64,000 nucleotides of DNA from an uncultured bacterium (GTDB lineage: Bacteria; Zixibacteria; MSB-5A5; UBA10806): assembly GCA_965541585.1 (NCBI GenBank), contig CBEUCH010000001.1, forward strand, positions 160,001 to 224,000, in the 5' to 3' direction. The first letter of the stretch is position 1; each line of letters starts with the position of its first letter. Made by a program: the position numbers and the translations under genes. The notes beneath the pieces were generated by a model. That model was not told the DNA's origin, ran no database searches, and worked only from the letters and a program-made list of their open reading frames with translations. Below are positions 39,956 to 50,078 of the stretch, piece after piece.

Positions 39956-42189
39956 AAATACCATTTAAGAAGAAAAACAGCTCGGTCATAAGATCGACAG
40001 TGGACACGGGCGAGGCCATAATCGATGATTCGCTGAAGGGGCAAAAACTCATATTCCGCGTGGCCCTGTCCGCTACTCTGGTAATTGGAATCACATTCCT
40101 CTATCCAATAGACAAAATATATCTGCCTATAGAGGTTCCTCGGGTCGGCGAGATTGCGGCAGTGGATCTTGCCGCGCCTTTTGATTTTCCGATATTTAAG
40201 ACGGAAGATGAATTGAAAAGAGACCGGGATCTGGTGATGAGCAATCTCCGGCCGGTGGTGACATATGATACCGTCTTAAGCGGAGCCATAAGAGACGGCA
40301 TACGAAGATTTTTTGAGAATGTCGATTCCATTGCAGCCTTAAAGCCGGATTCGGAATTTTTCTTACAGGCGCTCAGGTACGAGTTTCCCTCCCTGTCGGA
40401 GAGCCTGCTGGTCGTTCTCGGAGGCGCATCGGCCGCGGATTCGTTGAAAAAAATCTGTATCGGTGCTATCGATTCTATCGTTTCGTTGGGAGTGGTATCA
40501 AAACTCGGAAATCTGCCTTTTGAGGAATCGGGTCTTGTAACGCTACGGAAGGGAGAAAAGACGAAGACGGTTGCCAGGGATCTTGTCTTCGATATGGACA
40601 GGGCGTTGGGATTTCTCTCCATGAGGGCGGAGTTGGCTTTCGCAGGCAATCCCGAGATGCGCAGGGCGGCCGTCGGAATCATGAGCCAATTCCTGGAGCC
40701 TAACTTGAGATTTGACAGAGATGCTACCGAACAAAACAAAAGAGTAGAGCTGCAGGCCATTAACCAGGAAAAAGGCCGTGTATATGAGGGCGAGAAGATA
40801 ATCAAGGCCAACGAACGCCTTACCGATTTACACCGGGATAAGCTGATGTCTCTGGCGCGATATAAGAGAACCAAATTGCGTCAGAGTAGCTTCTGGCGGT
40901 TCCTCCTGCCGCCGTTAGGCCGGCTCTTTTTTGTGGCCTTTCCCATATTGTTCTTCGGGTTTTATTTATATAATTTTCGCCGACGAATTTTCGCCTCCAA
41001 CTCGGCGTTGATTCTGTTCTCCATATTTCTTGCCGCATTGGTTATTATTCTTAATGTGATCATGTCTCAGCAGTATCTGTCGCCTTATCTTGTTCCGATT
41101 ACAATTGTTTCGATGCTTGTGACTATCGCCTATGATCTTGAGACAGGTTTATTCCTGACGTTCTCAGCGGCGCTATTGGTTGGCATATTGTCCGGATTCA
41201 AGCTGGACGTAGCTCTTGTAGGGATCGCCGCCGGGACAGTGGCCACTTTCTCGGTCCGCAGAGTTCGACATCGCCACGAGTTTTACCGCTCAATTATCTA
41301 TCTCTCGCTGGTATATTTCGGGATCGTTTATATCATTGAATCGTTGAAACTGGCTCCTGCATCAGATCTCTGGCGGCATACGGGTCTGGCGGCATTGAAT
41401 GGTTTTGTCTCGCCGATCTTGACAATTGGCCTATTACCGCTATTCGAGACAACCTTTAAGCTGACTACCGATATTACACTGCTGGAACTTTCTGATCTGA
41501 ACAGGCCGTTGCTGAAAAGGCTGGCCGTGGAGGCACCGGGCACCTACCATCATTCGATTATGATCGGGACTCTGGCCGAGGAAGCCGCCAAAGCCATCAA
41601 CGCCAATTCTCTGCTGGCCCGGGTTGGATCCTATTATCATGATATAGGCAAGATGCTCAAGCCTGAGTATTTTGTGGAAAATCAGATGGGCGCAAAAAAC
41701 AAGCATGAGAAACTGGCGCCCTCTATGTCCGCTCTCATATTAGAGGCACATGTCAAAGAAGGCAAGGAGTTAGCGGAGGAAAACGGTTTACCCGATTGCA
41801 TTGTAGAGTTTATTACGGGTCATCACGGAACGAGTATTATGACCTATTTTTATGAGAAGGCGAAACAGCAAAAAAGCGAAGACGAGGTCAATATCGAGGA
41901 GTACCGATATCCCGGCCCCAAACCTAAGGCTAAAGAGGTCGCTATTGTCATGCTTGCAGATTCAGTCGAGGCGGCATCGCGCACGCTGGATAGCCCAACT
42001 CCGGCTCGCGTCAGGAATCTCGTGAGGAAGATAAGTTCAGCCAAATTCGATTCCGGGGAACTGGAAGGTTGTGATCTGACCCTGAGGGATCTTCACCTGA
42101 TCGAGGAGAGTTTTGCCAGGGTATTGCTCGGAATATATCACCGTAGAGTAGCCTATCCGGAAGAGGAGGAAGAGAAAATCGAGGTATGA
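39952..42189 (+). CDS. 7TM-HD (HDIG) phosphohydrolase, PgpH-like
   Basis: Extracellular domain, 7 TM, APGTYHHS, YHDIGK, HHGT, MLADSVEA. Confidence 0.92.
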   Translation: MKIPFKKKNSSVIRSTVDTGEAIIDDSLKGQKLIFRVALSATLVIGITFLYPIDKIYLPIEVPRVGEIAAVDLAAPFDFPIFKTEDELKRDRDLVMSNLRPVVTYDTVLSGAIRDGIRRFFENVDSIAALKPDSEFFLQALRYEFPSLSESLLVVLGGASAADSLKKICIGAIDSIVSLGVVSKLGNLPFEESGLVTLRKGEKTKTVARDLVFDMDRALGFLSMRAELAFAGNPEMRRAAVGIMSQFLEPNLRFDRDATEQNKRVELQAINQEKGRVYEGEKIIKANERLTDLHRDKLMSLARYKRTKLRQSSFWRFLLPPLGRLFFVAFPILFFGFYLYNFRRRIFASNSALILFSIFLAALVIILNVIMSQQYLSPYLVPITIVSMLVTIAYDLETGLFLTFSAALLVGILSGFKLDVALVGIAAGTVATFSVRRVRHRHEFYRSIIYLSLVYFGIVYIIESLKLAPASDLWRHTGLAALNGFVSPILTIGLLPLFETTFKLTTDITLLELSDLNRPLLKRLAVEAPGTYHHSIMIGTLAEEAAKAINANSLLARVGSYYHDIGKMLKPEYFVENQMGAKNKHEKLAPSMSALILEAHVKEGKELAEENGLPDCIVEFITGHHGTSIMTYFYEKAKQQKSEDEVNIEEYRYPGPKPKAKEVAIVMLADSVEAASRTLDSPTPARVRNLVRKISSAKFDSGELEGCDLTLRDLHLIEESFARVLLGIYHRRVAYPEEEEEKIEV

Positions 42190-42593
42190 GCGTTTCGGTT
42201 ATCCTGGCCGACGGCCGGTTTTCTCTTGATGAAAAGCCCCTGGCGGCGTTGGCGGCAAGGGTATTGAAGTCCGAATCAGCTTCGGGGAAATCTATAAATA
42301 TCATATATTGTTCCGATAAACATATTGAAGAATTAAACAGGCGATTCAAGAGAAAAAATCAAACCACCGATGTACTGGCTTTCGATCTGACAGATTCCGT
42401 AGAGCCTGACTTCATAGGCGAGGTTTACGTGAATTTGCAGCAGGCAAAAAAACAGGCTAATGATCGCAGAATACCGTATAAAGAGGAGGTGAACAGGTTG
42501 ACCATTCATGGCGTCCTGCATCTTCTCGGCTATCGAGACGGGCAGAAATCAGACCGCCTTAGTATGTGGGCGCGTCAGGAGGGTTACCTGTAA
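42186..42593 (+). CDS. ybeY: rRNA maturation endoribonuclease YbeY
   Basis: TDVLAF, GEVYV, HGVLHLLGY; phoH-HD-ybeY-corC synteny. Confidence 0.92.
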   Translation: MSVSVILADGRFSLDEKPLAALAARVLKSESASGKSINIIYCSDKHIEELNRRFKRKNQTTDVLAFDLTDSVEPDFIGEVYVNLQQAKKQANDRRIPYKEEVNRLTIHGVLHLLGYRDGQKSDRLSMWARQEGYL

Positions 42594-42595
42594 GT

Positions 42596-43486
42596 ATGGA
42601 AATGGCCGATCGTGAATCGGATAAACCGCCGGGAAATTCCGATCCGGGCGATTCTACTTTTCTAAGATGGCTGAAAAAAATCTTCAGCCTTAAGAGGAAA
42701 GCAGATCTAACCTCTGAAGAAAGAGAAAAGCAGATTGAAGAAACTATAGAGCGGTTTGCCTCCCAGGTATCCTCTGAGGATAACGTTCTGGAGAAGGATG
42801 AACGCGAGATGATTCACGGCGTCCTGGAGTTGGGGGGGACCGCCGTGAAGGAGATAATGGTACCGCGCATCAATATGATAGGGATAGCTGCCGGGACGGC
42901 TCTTCATGAGGTTATCGACATCATAAAGCGATCGGGGCATTCGAGGCTCCCACTGTATGATGAGTCGCTTGACGAAATCAAGGGCATACTCTATGCAAAA
43001 GACCTTCTTTCTTACGCTCTGAGCGGAACGGATTTCAATCTGGTTACCGTTGCCCGTAAAGCTTATTTCATCCCCGAGAATCTGAAGATAGATGATCTCT
43101 TGAGGGAATTAAAAAAAAGGAGATTGCATATCGCAATCGTTGTTGACGAGTATGGTGGTACCTCCGGACTCGTAACCATGGAGGATATTATCGAAGAAAT
43201 CGTCGGCGAGATCGAGGATGAATACGATACCGAACCTCCTCCAATAATAGAGCTGTCTGCCGGCTCGTATATGGTCGACGGGCCGGTAACCATATCTGAT
43301 CTCAATGAGCAACTCGATTTAAAAATGCCGGAGGATAAGTTCGAAACTGTGGGAGGTCTGATCTACGATCTGGTCGGATCTCTGCCCGAAAAGGGGCAGG
43401 TTGTTAAATACCACAATATTAAGTTTGTGGTCCACAGGGTTGAGGGACAACGAATAGTCAAGGTCAAACTGACGGTTGAGAAATAA
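42596..43486 (+). CDS. corC: CorC-like CBS/CorC domain protein
   Basis: MVPR, HSRLPLY, DEYGGTSGLVTMEDIIEEIVGEIEDEYD; no TM domain. Confidence 0.88.
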   Translation: MEMADRESDKPPGNSDPGDSTFLRWLKKIFSLKRKADLTSEEREKQIEETIERFASQVSSEDNVLEKDEREMIHGVLELGGTAVKEIMVPRINMIGIAAGTALHEVIDIIKRSGHSRLPLYDESLDEIKGILYAKDLLSYALSGTDFNLVTVARKAYFIPENLKIDDLLRELKKRRLHIAIVVDEYGGTSGLVTMEDIIEEIVGEIEDEYDTEPPPIIELSAGSYMVDGPVTISDLNEQLDLKMPEDKFETVGGLIYDLVGSLPEKGQVVKYHNIKFVVHRVEGQRIVKVKLTVEK

Positions 43487-43540
43487 ACCAATGGAGCGAG
43501 GAGACACACCGAATTGAGTTAGCTCCACGGCATTGCCAGC

Positions 43541-44734
43541 ATGGCTGACCGGAGAGCAATCAGAGACGCCCGGCGAACACCGATATACAACCATGATTCT
43601 TCCGATATTAAGGTGATAAGCTTAGTAAACTCCGTTAAGATAGATTCATACGATTCAGAGGAATTGTCATCGTCTCTGAAGGCTTTGCTTTCGCCGCTTG
43701 GCGGTCTCAAGCAGTTCATCAAGCCGGGGATGACCGTTCTTATAAATCCCAATTTACTATCAGCCAGGACTCCGGATAAGGCTGTCACGACGCAGCCGGA
43801 ACTGGTGGCGGCAGTGGTTTCGGCATGTATTGAAATCGGAGCTAATGTCTTGATAGGAGATTCGCCTGGCGGCGTAGAGAAAGGATTAATAAAGGTCTGG
43901 GACAATACCGGCATGAGCGATGTCTCTTCGACCACCGGGGCCCGGCTTGTAGGATTTGAATCCGGCGACGTGCAGGAAGCGGCGGTGGGAAATCGCCGAT
44001 ATAATCTTTCCAGGTATGCTTTCGATGTTGACTTTATAATATCCATACCCAAGCTGAAGACCCATATTCTCACCAATTACACCGGCGCCATAAAGAATTG
44101 CTATGGTTTTATACCGGGTTTGAGAAAAGCAGATTATCATAAGAGAAATCCGGATGCGAGGTCTTTTTCTGAAGTGGTGGTTGATGTTTTTTCTCTTGTG
44201 AAGCCGGGGCTTTTCATTATGGATGGGGGCATGGTTATGGAGGGCGATGGACCGGCGTCGGGAAAACCAAGGTGGCTCGGATATCTGTTCGCATCAGCCG
44301 ATGGGGTGGCAATGGACAGTTCGGTGGTTTCAATTCTGGGGGTCGGGAAGAGGAAAATCTGGCCCACCGAGATCGCAAGCCTGAGAGGCCTTGGCTGCTC
44401 TGATCTATCATCCATTGATAGAAGAGGACCGGCTTTCGCCGCCGGCGTCATATCCGATTTCAAGATGCCATCGAACGCCTATTTGAATTTTATTCCCTCC
44501 TTTGCGGTGAAGATGCTGGAGCCTTATCTCTGGGTCCGGCCAGCTATTAACCATGCTTCCTGCACAATGTGTAATGTGTGCCTGGATAGCTGTCCGCAGA
44601 ACGTCATTTCCAAAAGGGGCGGCAGGCTGGAGTTCGAATATAATAACTGCATAAAATGCCTGTGCTGCCATGAGCTTTGCCCGAATAAATCGGTGTTTCT
44701 GGAGAAGAGTCGTCTGGCCAAGCTTATAGGTTGA
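43541..44734 (+). CDS. DUF362 family protein with C-terminal 2x[4Fe-4S] (start uncertain)
   Basis: VLINPNL, PKLKTH, GAIKN, MEGDGP; CTMCNVCLDSCP and CIKCLCCHELCP. Confidence 0.88.
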   Translation: MADRRAIRDARRTPIYNHDSSDIKVISLVNSVKIDSYDSEELSSSLKALLSPLGGLKQFIKPGMTVLINPNLLSARTPDKAVTTQPELVAAVVSACIEIGANVLIGDSPGGVEKGLIKVWDNTGMSDVSSTTGARLVGFESGDVQEAAVGNRRYNLSRYAFDVDFIISIPKLKTHILTNYTGAIKNCYGFIPGLRKADYHKRNPDARSFSEVVVDVFSLVKPGLFIMDGGMVMEGDGPASGKPRWLGYLFASADGVAMDSSVVSILGVGKRKIWPTEIASLRGLGCSDLSSIDRRGPAFAAGVISDFKMPSNAYLNFIPSFAVKMLEPYLWVRPAINHASCTMCNVCLDSCPQNVISKRGGRLEFEYNNCIKCLCCHELCPNKSVFLEKSRLAKLIG

Positions 44735-44763
44735 GTATCCTGTTTCTATAGCCTGATTTCCAT

Positions 44764-44799
44764 TAAATGAAAAGCCCCTCTCCGGATGAGGAGGGGCTT
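44764..44799 (-). terminator. Terminator between convergent genes
   Basis: AAGCCCCTC/GAGGGGCTT stem with T-rich tail on the minus strand. Confidence 0.75.
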
Positions 44800-44827
44800 A
44801 AGACTAAATCGTCGAACCCGAAAAAGG

Positions 44828-45310
44828 CTATGACAGATGTCTGGAAACGAGCTTGGTCATCTCGAACATGTTGACCTTGCTCCTGCCCCCGAATACTACT
44901 CTCAGAGCGGCGTCGGCGTTGATCATTCTCCTGTTGATTCTGTCCTGAAGTTTGTTTCTCTTAATGTAGTGCCAGAGCTTCTTCGTGACCTCGGTTCGTG
45001 GGATCGGCTTGCTACCGACCACTGCTGCCAGAGCTCGACTTACCGTCATCGGCCTCATAAAAGCCGGATTCGGTTTCCTTTTGGCTTTCTTTTTCTTCTT
45101 GGCCTTTTTCTTTACGGTTTTCTTCTTGGCTTTCTTCTTAGCCTTTTTCTTGGCGGTTTTTTTCTTAGCTTTCTTTTTGGTTTTCTTCTTAGTCTTTTTC
45201 TTGGCTGTTCTTTTCTTAGCTTTTTTCTTTACGGGTTTCCTCCTGGCCGTTTTCCTTTTTGCCGTCTTCTTCTTGGCTTTCTTCTTGGCCCTTTTCTTTC
45301 TCGCAGGCAT
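44828..45310 (-). CDS. Histone H1-like tail fused to SWIB/MDM2 domain
   Basis: About 78-aa Lys/Ala/Thr tail, then NPAFMRP...LAAVVG...RTEVTKKLWHYIK.NKLQD...INAD...MFEMTKLVSRHL; AGGAGG ribosome site. Confidence 0.92.
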   Translation of the reverse strand: MPARKKRAKKKAKKKTAKRKTARRKPVKKKAKKRTAKKKTKKKTKKKAKKKTAKKKAKKKAKKKTVKKKAKKKKKAKRKPNPAFMRPMTVSRALAAVVGSKPIPRTEVTKKLWHYIKRNKLQDRINRRMINADAALRVVFGGRSKVNMFEMTKLVSRHLS

Positions 45311-45679
45311 CCAAGCCTCCTTTGGATTCGTTACCGGTGGTAACGGTTTGGTTTATTTATTCAGGAAAATAATGTGCTGTCCGCGCTCTCCCTCCCTTGT
45401 ATTGCTTTTGGCTGTTTTCTCCAGAAGTGATTTTAGGAGATTTTTCTTGAAAATATCAACAAAAAATATCACTTTTTTTGGAGAAATGCGATTTTTTTTT
45501 GGGCCAATTTTTGAAGGTTCATCCGGGATTAATGCCGTTTTATCCTCATCTTATGACCCTCTTCCGGGCGGCTTATACGATTTATCCTGTAATATGCACC
45601 CGAGATATTCTTGTTCAGAGATTGACATTTATTTTGAGATCCTTATATTGAGGCACAATCCCCGGAAAGGAAGGTGCCT

Positions 45680-46819
45680 ATGAAGGTGAAGTACTTTACA
45701 GACATCGATAAGATATCCCAGATTCCGGAAAGCCAGAGATCGAAGCTAAGGCAGGAGGTGACGGAGCGTTTTGTATTCCGGGTAAACGATTATTATTTGT
45801 CCCTGATCGATTGGGATAATCCTGACGATCCTATTCGGAAGATCGTCATCCCCGATATGGATGAAATGGTTGCGTGGGGGACTCTCGATGCCAGCGATGA
45901 AGCCTCCAATTATGTCGTATCCGGATGTCAGCATAAGTATGCGACTACGGCTCTGATATTGGTGAACGAAGCCTGCGGGAGCTATTGCCGGTTCTGCTTC
46001 CGCAAGAGACTGTTCATTCAAGATAGCGATGAGGTTTCCAAGGACGTTTCTGCGGCTATAGAATACATCAAATCTAAACCCAATATCAGCAACGTGCTAT
46101 TAACCGGTGGAGATCCTCTGGTTTTATCTTCGAAGAAACTGGAGTCGATCCTGAGGCCCCTAAGGGCAATCAAACATGTCCAGATAATCAGAATAGGCAC
46201 CAAAATTCCGGCGTTCAATCCATTCAGAATCATTGACGATCCTGAATTACCATCGGTAATATCCCGATATAGCACCCGGCAAAAGAGAATATACTTTATG
46301 GTGCATTTCAACCATCCGCGAGAGATTACCGATAAAGCCGCACTGGCTCTCGACATATTGACCAGGTCGGGGGCGATCTTAACCAATCAGACACCTATAT
46401 TGCGAGGCATCAATCACGATCCCGAGACGCTCGCCGAGCTTATGAAGAAGCTTTCTTATATAGGTATACCGCCATACTATTTCTTCCAATGCCGCCCCAC
46501 CGCCGGCAACAAGACCTATGCGGCCCCAATAGTCGAAACCTATACTAATCTGGAACGAGCGAAATCTATGGTCAGCGGGCTTGCCAAGCGTTCCAAATAT
46601 GTCATGTCGCATGCAACCGGCAAGATCGAGATATTCGGCCTGACTGATCGGTATATCTATATGCGTTACCATCGCGCCCGCGAGGGGGAGGATGAATCTC
46701 GCATGTTGATCTGCCATAGAGACAATGACGCCTACTGGCTCGATGATCTGCGCGAGGTCGGTCAGCCGGAAGAGGAGCATGAAATCCCGCATCCCTATCG
46801 TTCTTACGGACCACAATAG
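45680..46819 (+). CDS. KamA family radical SAM protein (lysine 2,3-aminomutase-like)
   Basis: HKY, CGSYCRFCFRKR, LTGGDPL, HFNHPRE, NQTPILRGIN. Confidence 0.9.
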   Translation: MKVKYFTDIDKISQIPESQRSKLRQEVTERFVFRVNDYYLSLIDWDNPDDPIRKIVIPDMDEMVAWGTLDASDEASNYVVSGCQHKYATTALILVNEACGSYCRFCFRKRLFIQDSDEVSKDVSAAIEYIKSKPNISNVLLTGGDPLVLSSKKLESILRPLRAIKHVQIIRIGTKIPAFNPFRIIDDPELPSVISRYSTRQKRIYFMVHFNHPREITDKAALALDILTRSGAILTNQTPILRGINHDPETLAELMKKLSYIGIPPYYFFQCRPTAGNKTYAAPIVETYTNLERAKSMVSGLAKRSKYVMSHATGKIEIFGLTDRYIYMRYHRAREGEDESRMLICHRDNDAYWLDDLREVGQPEEEHEIPHPYRSYGPQ

Positions 46820-46986
46820 GACACCCAATTATCTCATAATTGCCTGGAAATCCGCTCTTCGCCGGAGGGCTGTAATCTCACAAGAATTCCCTGCCGGATA
46901 GCATCTCCCCGTTTAGCATATCGTCCAGCATCTCCCATAATTCCCTTGAATCAACCTCCCGCTGAAGCTAATATTCAAGGTTGGCT

Positions 46987-47140
46987 ATGGAGACTACAAT
47001 ATCAAAGGTCAAGATCTACGATGGACTTTGCGGTCAATATGGAAGTTGTGTCCCGGTCTGTAGCTCGAAGGCTACGATTAAGAAACCCGAGCTTGCTCGG
47101 ATTAGCGCGCTATATGGTTGCCGGAAGATGTGTTCAGGTA
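46987..47140 (+). pseudogene. Degraded 2x[4Fe-4S] ferredoxin remnant
   Basis: CGQYGSCVPVCS, and after a 1-nt insertion GC-GRCVQV; runs into the rpsT 3' end. Confidence 0.55.
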
Positions 47141-47382
47141 CTTACTTTTTTTGCGAGTTTCGATTTGATCCTGGCGGCTTTATTTGCATGGATAACCCCT
47201 TTTCGAGCGGCCCTGTCGAGCGCGCTGACGGCCGCCTTGAGACTGGCCGGCTTCTTCTCGGGATCTTTCTCGGTTTGCACAGCTTTAATAGCGCCGCGAA
47301 AGGCGGCTTTCACCGGTCGATTCCTCTGGCGGGCCTTTTCTGCAGTTTTCATCCGTTTCGCAGCCGATTTGTGTTTGGGCAA
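47134..47382 (-). CDS. rpsT: 30S ribosomal protein S20
   Basis: MPKHKSAAKR, LDRAARKGVIHANKAARIKSKL. Confidence 0.96.
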   Translation of the reverse strand: MPKHKSAAKRMKTAEKARQRNRPVKAAFRGAIKAVQTEKDPEKKPASLKAAVSALDRAARKGVIHANKAARIKSKLAKKVST

Positions 47383-47439
47383 TCAGGTCTCCTTTCCCAT
47401 AAATTCAGGCGGAACCCATATATAAGCAGCTGAGATAGA

Positions 47440-49002
47440 TTGTCAACCGAAAAAAAATCCTTTCTTAAAAAAACGGGACGGTTTTCACTGGCTACCCTCA
47501 TATCCCGTATTCTGGGTCTTTTGCGAGAAGCTTCTTTTGCGTCGGTGTTTGGCGTTACAGGCGGCATGGACGCTTTTGTCGCCAGCTTTCGAATACCGAA
47601 TCTCCTCCGCGATCTTTTTGCCGAAGGTGCGCTTTCCGCCGCATATGTTCCGGTTTTCACGGACAGGCTGAAAAAGGACGGTGTGCAGAGAGCCTTTCTG
47701 ATTACATCCTCGATATTTTCAATTCTCCTGCTTGTTTTGGGGATTATAGTCGTTCTCGGTGTAGCACTGGCGCCATATTATATCCGGTATTATGTCTCGG
47801 GTTTCGATGATCCTGCCAGACTCGAACTCACCATAAAGCTGACTCGCATAATGTTTCCTTTTATCCTGCTGGTGGCGTTCGCCGCGGTGAGCATGGGGAC
47901 ATTGAATGCCCTGGGCAGGTTCGGCATCCCCGCCCTGGCACCGGCCATGTTTAATGTCATCATGATAATATCGGCGCTCTTCATATCGAAATATCTCGAA
48001 CCTCCCATAATTGCTCTGGGAATAGGAGCCGTTTTAGGAGGAGCGGGGCAGTTCGTAATCCAACTCCCGCAGCTTCTGAGATCCGGCTACAGGTTCCGAT
48101 TTCGACTCAAATTCAAAGATGAGCCGGTCAGGAAAATACTAAAGCTCATCCTTCCTGCGGCCATGGGAGTGGCCGCCTGGCAGGTTAACGTGGTGGTCGC
48201 AACCGTGATTGCCTCTTTTCTGGCTGTGGGAAGCATCTCCAGCCTATACTATGCTCTGCGTCTGGTGCATTTCCCTCTGGGCATTTTCGGGGTGGCGCTG
48301 GCAGTTGTATCGTTGCCCGAAATATCCTCACAGGTATCGTCGGGCGACATCAAAGGTGCAGGCGCGACCCAGCGATACTCGTCGAGGATGGTAATCTTCC
48401 TGTTGATGCCGTCGGCGGCGTATCTGATGGGTGCGGCGGAGGCAATCGTATCGCTGGTTTACCAGAGAGGTGGTTTCCATTGGGCGGATACGGTTGATGT
48501 CGCAATGGCTCTTCGGGCTTATGCCATAGGGCTGGTATTCTTTGGGCTGGTGCGGGTCACGGCCCAGGTATTCTATGCCTTTAAGGATACTTCCACACCG
48601 GTTAAGATATCGTTTGCGGCGGTGGGCGTTAATATTATTCTGAGCCTGCTTCTGATGGGGCCGATGAAATTCTCAGGGCTGGCGCTGGCGACATCGATTG
48701 CGGCTTTTGTGAATTTTTCGTTTCTATATTATCATTCCGGGAAAAAAGCGCCACGGCCGGATAAGTTCGGTCTGGCAAATTATTCAATAAAGATAGCTGC
48801 GGCAGCAGCCCTATCCGGTCTGGTTTCATTTGCGATCGTGAAATACTTTCAAGCGCCGGGAGGTTTCGGAGAATTCAAAATCGCACTTGTCGCAGTTTTG
48901 CTTTCGGCCGCCGGAGCCGGGCTTGTTTATCTGACAATATGCCTCGTATTCAGGATCGACGAGTTGAAACAGATAAAAAGATCTTTCTTCGGAGGGGCAT
49001 AG
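47440..49002 (+). CDS. murJ: Lipid II flippase MurJ
   Basis: SRILGLLRE, FRIPNLLRDLFAEGALSAAYVPVF, FYAFKDT.TP. Confidence 0.96.
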   Translation: MSTEKKSFLKKTGRFSLATLISRILGLLREASFASVFGVTGGMDAFVASFRIPNLLRDLFAEGALSAAYVPVFTDRLKKDGVQRAFLITSSIFSILLLVLGIIVVLGVALAPYYIRYYVSGFDDPARLELTIKLTRIMFPFILLVAFAAVSMGTLNALGRFGIPALAPAMFNVIMIISALFISKYLEPPIIALGIGAVLGGAGQFVIQLPQLLRSGYRFRFRLKFKDEPVRKILKLILPAAMGVAAWQVNVVVATVIASFLAVGSISSLYYALRLVHFPLGIFGVALAVVSLPEISSQVSSGDIKGAGATQRYSSRMVIFLLMPSAAYLMGAAEAIVSLVYQRGGFHWADTVDVAMALRAYAIGLVFFGLVRVTAQVFYAFKDTSTPVKISFAAVGVNIILSLLLMGPMKFSGLALATSIAAFVNFSFLYYHSGKKAPRPDKFGLANYSIKIAAAAALSGLVSFAIVKYFQAPGGFGEFKIALVAVLLSAAGAGLVYLTICLVFRIDELKQIKRSFFGGA

Positions 49003-49073
49003 ATCTCTCTCCTCCGGCCTAAGGCAAGATCAACGAGTTTTTTTAAATAGTTGTTTTGCGGGACAATAAATCG

Positions 49074-50078
49074 ATGGCCAGAATTGCGGTAATTCAGACG
49101 GCGTTCCCGGGAGATGTCGTTCTCTCAACGCCCGTGTATGAAGCTTTAAAGGGTGAATCTCCGGGTTGCGAAACCGTCGCTATGGTCAGGCCGGAGTCGA
49201 CGGCTTTGCTGAAGAACAATCCTAATATAGATAGTGTTTTGTCATTTGACAAATACGGGGCCGACAAGGGACTGTCCGGACTGATCAGGACTGCAGCCGG
49301 ATTGAAAGGCTGTGACAGGGCAATCATTATTCAGAGGCATCTACGGTCGGCGGCCCTAGCTTACCTGGCGAGAATTCCAATACGGATTGGATATAGCAGT
49401 TCAAAAGCCCGATTTCTTTATACGGATCGGATAGAATATCGAGGCGATAAACATGAAGTACAAAGATGTCTCGATCTGATCGGGATCGATGATAATGATT
49501 ACCGGTATAAGCCGAGGATCTTCTTAGACGACGGGGCTAAGAGAAAAGCTGAAGATCTCCTCGGATCTGCGGGTGTGGGGCCGGATTTTGTGGTGGTGGC
49601 TCCGGGATCAATATGGCCCACGAAACGGTATCCATATTTTCCGGGATTGATTCATCTGATCAATGAGGAGTTCAGCCTGCCGGTGGTTCTTATCGGGGGG
49701 GCATCCGACGTTCAGTTGTCGAATACGATTGCAGAATCATGCGGGAAAATACCGCACAATCTGACGGGCCAGACGGATCTTCTGGAATCGGCGGCGATAA
49801 TCTCGAGAGCCAGGCTCGCAATTGCCAACGACTCGGCGCCCGCTCATATTGCCGTCGCCGTGGATACGCCGGTCATATCTATTTTTGGCCCGACGGTACA
49901 GGGATTTGGGTTTTCGCCCTATTCGGAAAAATCATCTGTAGTAGAAATAGGCGAACTCTACTGCCGTCCTTGCAATACTCACGGTTCCGCCCGTTGCCCG
50001 CAGAAACATTTCAGGTGTATGCTGGAATTGCAGCCGGCGAAAATAATAGAGGCCGCAAAGTTATTGCTCAGGGGATGA
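49074..50078 (+). CDS. waaF: Lipopolysaccharide heptosyltransferase II (GT9)
   Basis: IQTAFPGDVVL, APGSIWPTKR, NDSAPAHIA, FGPT. Confidence 0.85.
   Translation: MARIAVIQTAFPGDVVLSTPVYEALKGESPGCETVAMVRPESTALLKNNPNIDSVLSFDKYGADKGLSGLIRTAAGLKGCDRAIIIQRHLRSAALAYLARIPIRIGYSSSKARFLYTDRIEYRGDKHEVQRCLDLIGIDDNDYRYKPRIFLDDGAKRKAEDLLGSAGVGPDFVVVAPGSIWPTKRYPYFPGLIHLINEEFSLPVVLIGGASDVQLSNTIAESCGKIPHNLTGQTDLLESAAIISRARLAIANDSAPAHIAVAVDTPVISIFGPTVQGFGFSPYSEKSSVVEIGELYCRPCNTHGSARCPQKHFRCMLELQPAKIIEAAKLLLRG

Noticed and set aside
39203..40874. Long minus-strand ORFs opposite phoH and the HD gene
   Set aside because: Antisense to well-supported conserved genes.
42500..42545. YbeY third zinc His replaced (GYRD)
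   Set aside because: A GYxD variant is, to my knowledge, common in FCB-group YbeY, so it is not evidence of inactivation.
44837..45683. Plus-strand Phe/Leu-rich ORFs (also 35016-35330 on the minus strand)
   Set aside because: Antisense shadows of the lysine-rich genes, which have the ribosome sites and the SWIB domain.
45680..46819. KamA as modifier of the adjacent lysine-rich SWIB protein, or as EpmB
   Set aside because: Only divergent adjacency supports it. KamA enzymes act on free amino acids, and no efp/epmA is in the window.
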